From contig NC_043017.1 in the NCBI RefSeq assembly GCF_006345805.1, positions 7,998,001 to 8,062,000 of the forward strand: DNA of 64,000 nucleotides, read 5' to 3'. This document shows positions 54,101 to 64,000 of the stretch, in pieces. The stretch's first letter is position 1; every line of letters begins with the position of its first letter. The notes under the pieces are model-generated. The model was given only the letters and a program-made list of their open reading frames with translations. It was not told the origin of the DNA and did not search any database. This DNA is from Octopus sinensis. Its lineage: Eukaryota. Both the position numbers and the translations under genes were made by a program.

Positions 54101-57100
54101 TGTCTAACTACATATTGATACTTTGCAAGTTTCCTTTGGAATTCCAAATTCTTCAAAACAACTTGAGTTGCAACATATTCCTCCATTTGAACTATTCTTA
54201 AAACTTCATATCACCAACCTTAGTGTTGTCAAAAGACTGCTTGGAGATGCACCATTCTTCAGACAACTGAAATATTGAGCTAAAAAGCACCAACCACTTC
54301 CAAGAAAAAAAGAAAAAGAAAAGAAAGAAAAATTCTGAGATGTTTTCTATCTAATAAGTTGTCTGTTTTGACTCCTTGAATAGTATAGGGTTGTAACTAT
54401 GACAGCAGCAGACTGCACGGTGCAACTAATTCAGACTGCAACATAAACAACTCTATGAGACCAAACAAAAAGAAAAAAAAAAGCACTCAGTTTTCGTTTT
54501 TTTTTCTAAAAAAAAATAATTTAAAAAAAACAGATAAAAGCAAATTATAATTGTTTTAACATTTTTATGAAGATCCTCTTTGTTGGCTGTGAGAAATTTT
54601 TCCACACTAAAATTATTTATTCTCATTGATCAAAAAAGTTTTCAAATCACTGACTGTAGTTGTGTTTTTCTGCAAGTGAAAGAATTGAGCTTTAGCACCC
54701 AGGACTGACAATTTCTTTTAGTTAGTCCTCCATATAAGCACAATAATTGACTGCTTTTTATCGTACTTTTCTCATCACTTGTTGACATGATTCAAAGTGT
54801 GTATGTAAAATGGTTGCTGCCTGCCTATAGAAGTGGATGATTGTCTGTATGTATGCATGTGAGGTGTGTGTGTGTGTGTGTGTGTGTATATGTATAGATG
54901 TACCTCTAAATTGAAACACAAAAAAAAATGAAAAAAGTGTGCTCATCACTGGTCTCCTCAGACATTCATCAGTGGCTGGTACATTAATGAATAACTTTGG
55001 GGAAACTTAATGTTGTGACAGAGTTGTAAATATTTTGATATGGCGTATTAGATTCTACGTACTGACCCCCACCAGAAGTTGTACTCTTAGTTTCTTCTCG
55101 CAAGCTCCTGTTTGCAAATTTCTCCATTGCCACTAGTCTTCAGTGGCACATATATATATATGGAGTGGGCCCTATTAATTAACTGTTATCTTCTATTGCT
55201 ACTTTCCTATATAGTATCTAGTTAGTACGGGTTGGTCATTCATGAGTAGCATTACTCTAATCACACTTCTGCAACTAGCAAAAACAAAAACAAAAAAAGA
55301 AAAACAACAAAAAATCAAAAACATCCACAATTGTTGTCTTCTATTTAATGATATTTATATTTTTAAAGTTTACTTTCATAATTGTTACTACATTTTTTTA
55401 AAAATTATTTTCAATCATCTTCAAAACTTTCAAGAAAAACATAAATTTGAGATTTTGCAGGGAGTTGATGTGTAGTCATAGCCATTCCTAAACCAATGTT
55501 CCCTGTTTTACATCACATCGATGTAAAGCAACTCAAATTATCTTTAATATTTTCACTATTTAGTCATTGTAAGTTGGTTCTGTTATTTTATCAATAACAA
55601 AGGTACTTTAGAAACTATTATTGTTGTTGTTCTTATTTACTTGTCAGCAGCTTAAAGCTGTCTTTGCTAAATTATTTTTTGACTTGAGTTTTATTGGAAA
55701 CTCTTAAATTTATTCTGGGAACCACTGAGAAGTTGGCTGATTTAATTAGGGGCATATTTTAGATTATTATTATTGTTAAAGAAAAAAGATAACATTGCTA
55801 CACATGATTTCCAAAACAACTGCAATAATAATAATAATAATAATAATAATAAACAAAAATAATTAACAAAAAGTAAGATTTTATCTACATTTTTACATTG
55901 AAATAATTGCTTAGCCTATCTGACTTTTATATTTTCAGAATTTGACAAATTTATGTAAGTTTGGAAATATATCTAAATCTGTTTTGCAACATAAATCTCT
56001 CTTGTCACTGCTATCTGATCTTACAATATAAGTTGTTCAAATGTTACACAAAGCTATCTTTGTTTTAAACATTTGCTTAACTACTTTTTTTGGGTTTGTA
56101 AAATACAAAGCATTTGGAAGAATTTTCTATCAAATTCTTTGAGTTGACTTTTAAAATAATTAGAACTGTTAAAACCATTTCATTATTTCATTTCTTTTAT
56201 CCTTTTGGCAATGAATTAATTGCTAACAGTATTTTGCTTTGTTTATATGTGTTTTTACTGGAATGTTTCAACAACTTTTTGCTTTCTTTGGCGAAAGTTT
56301 TTGTGTATTTCTTGTTGCAAATTTCTAATATTTCTTAGATAATGGTCTTGACAAATTATTTAGGTTGAAATGTATGTTAAACATATATGAATGAGATATT
56401 TTGTTTGTTAGCTCACTCTTCAAGAGAGAATGTCAGTGACATCATATCTGCATGGTATTTGGAGACTAAAAATACAGCTTGGTATAGCTAAAAAACGTGC
56501 AAGTATATTTGTAATCTAATCAAGATTAATTAGTGCCAACATTTTATAAAACTGTAACTATATCTAACATCAGTGTCTAATTTAGAAGAGTGGGAGATAG
56601 GTGATTGTAATAGACCCCCACTTTTTTTTTTTAACCAAGACAAATTACCAGTTACATCTATTCTGAGGGATCATTGAATAATATCAAATTAATCTGAAGG
56701 ATCAAGAGTAATCAAATGAAGAATTTTCTTGAACTTTCCACAGCTTACTTTTAATGGAGAGAAAAAATGGGAGGGAGGGAGGGAGGGACAACTATGTGCT
56801 GTCGTATGACATTGGTTTGTTCTTTGAATAAATTTATTAGAAATGAGAATGTCAGAAGAAAAACTTCACTCCAATCTCAATTGTCTACTAAATGTATAAT
56901 TTTGCTACTAGTGTTTTACCATATATTTTTTATTTATTAATTTTCTCTCATTTCACTTTAGATTTCTATTGTTATTTTTATTCTTATGTTCTTTTCATTT
57001 CAAGCCGATCCTTTGTTCAGCAATTCTGAAGATGCTGTGATTGTTAGATATCAATATTGAAACAATTAACTCTCAGCCTCTCTAATCACCATTTAACACC

Positions 57101-58824
57101 TGTATAAATGATCAGGCTTCCTCTTATGATGTTTCATTAAGCTATGTCTCTGTCTCTTTTTTGGCCAGATCTCAGTTTCATCATATCAGACATTTTCAAA
57201 GTAATGTATTGGCAAATAATCAATGCAATTAATAAAGTGTATGAAATGAAACCATGTCTCTCAATTGTCAGGAATATTTTAAACAGTTTCAATGGTCTCC
57301 ATCTTTTTAACTGGATTTTTAAGACAAACTTCCACGTTATTTTGATTATCAATTCTATGGAAGCTTAAAAAACTATACATGAGATATTTCAAACTATTCC
57401 ATGGAAAAGGTTTTAACTGTGGCATTTTAAAGTAATCTAGCAAGCATGATATTAGTTGTAGTTGGTCAGTTTATTAAAATACCTGTTTATTGGTCAGAAG
57501 TTCAATGATTTGTACCCAACAAACACAAGTCTTTATCAACAGCCAACAAGTATTTTACAATACTACTAGAAATGAGAATGATAATACAAGTAATATTCAC
57601 TTTTAAAATTTTGCCTTCCTAAAAACAAATAAAATCAATCTCAACAACTTCTGTAATTCCTCAAACAACAATACAGAAATAAGCAGAAATTCAAATCAAT
57701 GGCTACTCTTTTTGAATTTATAAGCTTGAGAATTAGTGTTTTTAGTAGTAGAGATTTTATTGTTGCAATCCTATTTTCCTTAATTAAAGATTCTTATATC
57801 AAACAACTTCCAAAAAATTTTGGAGACGCCTCATCATTGAACATCTTCAAAGCTTAAAGTTCAAGTTGCACAGAAGCTACACTAAATAAATATTACTCTT
57901 TGGTGAGTGGTTTTGGGTAGAAGGAAAGCTCCCTGATAGTCTATCAAAGGATTTTCTACTTCAACTATGTTGCTACTTTCAGAGTTGTACTTGTTTGGTG
58001 AGTAATTTGGTCTGAGACCAGGTATTGAAATTGAAAAAAATTACATCATGGAAAGCAGTGTCATGTTTGCTATTAAACACACACAAATGCTGACATTAAT
58101 TTTCATTCTTTTTTTAATAGTTCCATATTCCCAAAAATGTCAAAGTTTTATAGGAAATTGGCCTGACGCAATTCTACAGTCAGTAATACTTCACAAAAAA
58201 ACTTGAACAGTATTCAGTCTCATTTCAGCTTCTGTATAAATTTGATGCCATATGTTTAGTATAAGAAAATTTTTAATTATATGAAGACAAACAACTTTCA
58301 TAAATTTTGTAGGGAAGTACATGTAATGCACACTCAAGCACTGCACAATTCTTAAATGATATTTTATCCACAATGCTAATCTTACAAGAGATAAACAAAC
58401 AGAAAACTTTGGAAGCAGTCCTTATAAATCTGCCATCTATAACTGTCAACAAACAGGTATCAAAAACTGAGCACCATTTGTGTGTTATTTTATGACAACA
58501 GCTTACATGCATGCTCCAACATCTATCACATACACAGGCTAAATAAACAGAAATTCCTAGTTTTACATCCATGCTTCCATGCATCTATGGATAGGATAGG
58601 TTTCCTTTTTTTACGACAGTGCTGTAATTTTTAGCACTGGCATCTATCATTAACCAAAGTTGTATGAAGAAGGTACATACATCCATGAAGTAGAAGTGGA
58701 GCTCATTTTGCATTAACGAAATTGATACATGATTCACATTTGTTAGCATGATGTATCTTTGATAAGTGTAATGTGCATGGTTTTTAGAAATCTTGTGTGT
58801 GTGTGTGCATATATATATATATAA

Positions 58825-58855
<31 letters not shown>

Positions 58856-59077
58856 AAATATGCATGCACACACAAGCACATAAATGGAAAATAAGGTGGA
58901 AAAAAATAGTATTCGAATACCTAAAGTAGAGTAATATGCTTTTATCAAAGCTACAAAATCTTCATAAAACTGTTACTCAGAGTTTTGTGTTTCCATTCGA
59001 CAGACAGTTGACAACTGACCAATGAATGGACGCATGAAAGTGACTGTTTCATGAAGATTTTGCAGCTTTACTAAAAG

Positions 59078-59134
<57 letters not shown>

Positions 59135-59154
59135 TTTCATATATTGCCAATAAT

Positions 59155-60006
59155 TAAGGCTGTGAGCTGATAGAATCTTTATGTTCTGAGTTCTAATTCC
59201 ACCAAGGTTGACTTTCCCTTTCATTCTTTTGGGGATGATAAAATAACTACTGGGGTTGATGTAATTGACTTACCCTCTCCCTGAAATTGCTGGCCTTGTG
59301 CCAAAATCTGAAACCAATTATTAGAAACTGACAAAACTTCAACATCAATCAGATTTGTGTTAATCTCTTTAACTTTACATATTTAGATACATGTAGGATT
59401 CCAAGGCAATGCAACAGAGAAATCAAATCAATAGTATTTCCCTTTCTGTGCCATCATTCATTATATCAGCCTTCAATATTTCTAGTTAATCTCTGAGGCA
59501 ATGCACTGGCAAAATTGTTAGCACACTGGATAAAATGCTTAGCAGCATTTTGTCTGTCTTTACATTCTGAGTTCAAATTCTGTTATGGTCAACTTTAATT
59601 TTCATCCTTTCAAGTTCAATAAAATAAGTACCAGTTGAGTACTGGGATCCTCCCCTGAAATTACTGGCCTTGTGCCAAAATTTGAAACCAATATTTCTCG
59701 CAATCTCTTTGAAACTTTATACTTTCTGCTACACAAAGAGGCTTTGCTTTCTCAAACATATTTGATCACTGATATCCATAGCCATTTTTGGAAGGAAGTC
59801 AACTACCTGATAACAATACATCCTATCCAAGCCTTTTCTGTCGCATAAGAACTTGCTGGCTATACTCTGCTTCCAATTTGACATGACCCTCATCACTTAT
59901 ACTGTTTCCTCAAATCCTGAACCAAATACTAGTCAGTCAATCTTATGGAAATATGTTCTTTCCTATATGCACTAAATCTTACAAACTTCAAATTAATAAA
60001 ACCTAC

Positions 60007-60053
<47 letters not shown>

Positions 60054-61808
60054 CCTTTCTACTAAAGGCACAAGGTGTAAAATTTTCAGAGAGGGGACTT
60101 GTCAATTATGTTGGCCCCAGTGTTGCACTGATACTTAATTTATCAACTCCAAAAGGATGAAAGGCAAAGTCAACCTCGGCAGAATGTGAAGTTAGATGAA
60201 ATACTGCTAAGCATTTCACCTGGGGTGCTAATGATTCTGCCAGCTCGCTGCCTTAATAATAATAATAATAACAACAACAATTATATTTTAAAAGGATTCA
60301 TGTAACTCTTTACAAAGGTAAACAGACAAGAGCGTGATGCGATTACAATAGTTATTTTATTGGTTGAATGATATTTCAACAGCAAGCCCGTCTTTGTTGA
60401 GTTCAAAATAAAAAGTAATAAAAATTCAAAACTATAGTAATTCAAATCTAAAGTATGAATGAGAGCAACCAACATCCACACGTTGATGGAATGATATCAT
60501 CAGTCTTTAAGTTTCAATTTTATAACTGGCAAAAAGTAAAAGACAGAAATAAAAAGAGAGAAAAAAGGAAAGAAAAAAGAAAAGGAAAAAGAAGAATATT
60601 TAATCAAACAGTTTTGTATAAATTTGATGATATTCTCCCGTCATTTTATTCATTCCTCCAGGGTGTGAAGTTAACAACCCGTAAACACATTTCTCCTCAT
60701 GCATTTTGAGTATTGAAAGAATATCATCAAACTTATACAAAACTAATTAAATATTCTTCATTTTCCTTTTCTTTTTTCTTTCCTTTTTTTCTCTCTTTTT
60801 CTGTCTTTTTCTTTCACCAGTTATAAAATTGAAACTTAAAGATTGATGATGTCATTCGATCAATGTGTGGACACTGGTTGCTCTTGTTCATACTTTAGAT
60901 TTGAATTTTTATTACTTTTTATTTTGAACTCAACAAAGATAGGCTTGCTGTTGAAATACCATTCAACCAATAAAATATCTATTGCAATCGCATTGCGCTC
61001 TTCATCTTGTCTAATAATAATAATAACAATAACAATAATCGTTTCAAGTTTTGGCACAAGGCCAGCTAGTTTGGAGAAGCAGTTAAGTCAATTACATCAA
61101 CCACAGTGCACAATGGGTACCTATTTTATTGATCCCCAAAACGCAAAATAACCTTGGTGGAATTTGAACTCAGAACAAAAAGATAGATGAAATGTCACAA
61201 AACATTTTGCCTGGCATGCTAACAATTCTACCAGCTCATCACCTTAGGTTTCAAATTCAGGTACAAGGCCAGCAATTTCTGGGATGCAGGTAAGTAAATT
61301 ACATTGACTCCAGTGTTCAACTGGTACATATTTTGTCAACCCTGAAAGGAGGAAAAGCAAAGTTGGCCTTAGAGGAATTTGAACTCAGAATGTAATATGT
61401 CAGAAGAAATGCAGCTTACTGTAATAATAATAATGGTTTCAAATTAAGGCACAAGGCCAGTAATTTTGAGGAAGGGTTAGGTTAAGTCAATTACATCTAT
61501 CCCACTGCTCAACTGGTACTTTTACCAACCCCGAAAGGATGAAAAATGAAGTTAACTTTTACAAAATTTGAACTCAGAACATAAAAATGGATAAAATACT
61601 GCAAAGCATTTTGCTCAATGTGCTAACAATTCTGTGAGCTCATTGCCTTAATAATAATTCCTACTGGAAGCACAAGGCCTTAAATTTGGGGGAAGGGATT
61701 AAGTCGATTACATCGACCCCAAAAGGATGAAAGACAAAGTTGACCTCGGTGGAATTTGAACTCAGAATGTAGCAGCAGATGAAATACCGCTAAGCATGCT
61801 ATGCTAGC
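59155..61808. mobile_element. Array of seven family D SINEs (two +, five -)
   Basis: + copies at 59155-59320 and 59496-59692; - copies at 60051-60254, 61041-61245, 61247-61420, 61435-61649 and 61660-61808. All carry the GGCCTTGTGCC tail or its complement and most of the CTGAGTTCAAATT / TTTGCCTTTCATCC core. Confidence 0.85.
60324..61012. mobile_element. Foldback / long-TIR element: ~300-bp inverted arms, 81-bp spacer
   Basis: Arms ~60324-60636 and 60718-61012. For example, 60392-60430 is the exact reverse complement of 60900-60938, and mirror ORFs appear in the track (60281..60481 - and 60843..61151 +). Confidence 0.9.
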
Positions 61809-63379
61809 TCTTTTCAGTATTTAGCTTCATTCTGAAATTAAATCCCACTGGAGTTAACTTTACTTTTTATCTCTCTAGTCATACAGAAGGGTACAGTCTA
61901 TCAACAATAGCCTTTCTCTACAAATGTGTGGCTGTGTGCCAATATCAGATATATATACATATATATATATCTCAACAGACTGGACAACAAAAGTGATGCA
62001 TCATTATTATGATGATTATCAAGCTTTGTCATGTTGCCAAAGACTGATTGGTATACCAAAAGCTAACCAGTTTTTCTCAGTATTTATATCATATAAGAAA
62101 TCAATATTGGTTTCTTTTGTATGTGTCCAATGTGTTATAGAGAGAGGACACAAGATATTGTAATTTTCTTCCTTTCTCTCACTAGTCATGGCAGACCTGA
62201 AAAAAGAGCCATGGGTACTACTGTTTTACCTGTTTCCAACTCATCAGTCATACCTTAGACTCAGTTTACAAGGCATTTATTTCTTTAACTACAATATGCT
62301 AGGAGGCTAAAAAAGCTCACCCCATAATTACGCGGTTATATATTTGATCCCACTGTGTGACATCTTGACCGAGTGTCTTCTATCATAGGTTTGAGACAAC
62401 CAGAGCCTTGTGAGTGAAATTTGGCAATCAGAAATTATATGGAAATCCATAGGAGAGGGAGACCACTCCTGTTCTTAGGTGACAGACATAATCTGTCACC
62501 TAGTTTGATACCACCACCTAGCCCTTGGATGCTTTTAACAGAGTCCACTCTTTTGCAGGTCTCTGATATGAAGATAACTTTATCCCTTCTTCCCACAAGT
62601 CTTGGAAGACCTGCAACAAGGTCTTGGATGCAGCACTTCTTCCTCCAGCTAAATTATTTTAAAGAAATGATGCTAAGAACTCAAAATGTAAAGTTGGTGA
62701 TGGAATAGCAGACATGATAGAACAATCAGATTTATTGCTAGACAGTTTTATTTAGTTCTGTACTGATACTGCCTTAGATCAAATACTCCTAGGAGTCAAC
62801 TTTTAACTCTTTCAGGGTCAATAAAATAAGTAACTGTTATATGTTACTAGGATTCAGTAATTTAACTGTATCTTTCCTTTAAATTTTGTTATCTTGTGTC
62901 AATATAAGAGAATCAATTGTAAAAGTAGGTAAATTTTAGCATGGTGAACAGCAGTGAGCTAAATTTATGACAAAGTTTTGGTTCTTGTTGCAATTTCCCT
63001 TTCACTAAGGGAATTACTGATGCAAACAAAAAGACCCTATTCATAATCCAACCTCAGAAAATTAAAAATTTTAAGATCTGTGATATCATAATCAGATCAC
63101 AATCAGCCTGAAACAAATTACAAAAATTCTGATATTATAATCAGAATCTTTGATATGGTAGAATCAATTATTTAACTTTTTTTGATGGTCATCATAAGTA
63201 TTCTAAAATGAAAACCATTGTAAGCAGTGTATAGCTGCTGCTGGTGCTACTACTACTAGCAGGGTTACATTTAATTAGCATCCACCACCCATTCTTCTAA
63301 GCATTCTGAAGAAATATTTATCCCAATATTAACTCAAAAGTTAATACATAAAAATATTTTTCCCTAGATACAAATAGTT

Positions 63380-63575
63380 AGTATTTGAAAGCATTTTTGC
63401 ATCATTAGCTTTCGCTTTTACCATAATCACTACTATATAGCCAGATATACTAACTATTATATCCATTAATATCTGAAAGCATTTTGCATCGTTAACTATC
63501 TATCTGTTCTCACTGCAATCACTACCATACTGCCAGCTATACTAACTACTATATCTATTAATATCTGAAAGAAAT
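63380..63575. repeat. ~90-bp degenerate tandem repeat, ~2.3 units
   Basis: GAAAGCATTTT(T)GCATC...AATCACTAC...CCAG.TATACTAACTA.TATATC.ATTAATATCTGAAAG occurs twice. Confidence 0.8.
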
Positions 63576-64000
63576 TCTGTAACTATTTCTATTGCTTTTA
63601 TCACTTTCTGTGGAACTGATAATTTTTTATTGACCTGTAATCTGTCTAGTGTATAACACTGATAAGAGCTTGGGTCATGCATTTAAAATCTAAGTAACTT
63701 GTTAAAAGGGTAATTTTTGAAAAAAATCAACTATTTTGATTAACAATCATTAATGAAAATATATATACTTTGTAGCTTGAAAAGTGTCTAAGTTGTCAGA
63801 GTGGAGATTCAAACAAACATGAAAAAACAGCACAAAAACAAACAGCAGCTAAATTTTTGTAGTTGGAGATATCTGTGGCAATGATGGTACTACTCAGTCA
63901 TATAAATCCACCCTTTCACAGTACACAATTGCTAGAAGAATTACACAACGGATACTAAAATATACAAGTATTCTTAGTGCTAATCAATTGTGAGTAAAAG

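Noticed and set aside
57973-57987. Another 15-nt AG/GT-bounded segment (ttcag|AGTTGTACTTGTTTG|gtgagt)
   Set aside because: No host gene is identifiable there and there is no UGCAUG support; such patterns can arise by chance in 64 kb.

Overview
AT-rich, CpG-poor metazoan genomic DNA, full of (TA)n/(CA)n/(TAA)n microsatellites, tRNA-derived SINEs and decayed LINE and DNA-transposon fragments. The repeat landscape resembles Octopus or another coleoid cephalopod (inference from recognised repeat motifs, not a database result). One protein-coding gene is supported: an SCAI (suppressor of cancer cell invasion) orthologue on the + strand. Eleven GT-AG exons between 19885 and 42475 splice in frame into the C-terminal ~444 codons. 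The N-terminal ~170 codons were not found and probably lie upstream of the window. Nearly all ORFs in the supplied track are microsatellite or repeat artefacts. The most interesting unexplained signal is a 15-nt candidate microexon at 11639-11653 with upstream UGC motifs and a downstream UGCAUG, plus a weaker 13-nt candidate at 17968-17980. Other notable structures: a ~690-bp foldback element within a SINE array, a 53-bp intronic hairpin, a 31-bp minisatellite open in all three forward frames, and an inverted LINE fragment pair. No rRNA, true tRNA or CRISPR array was seen, and no wholly new multi-gene system can be supported. Repeat boundaries are approximate; SCAI exon boundaries were counted exactly.
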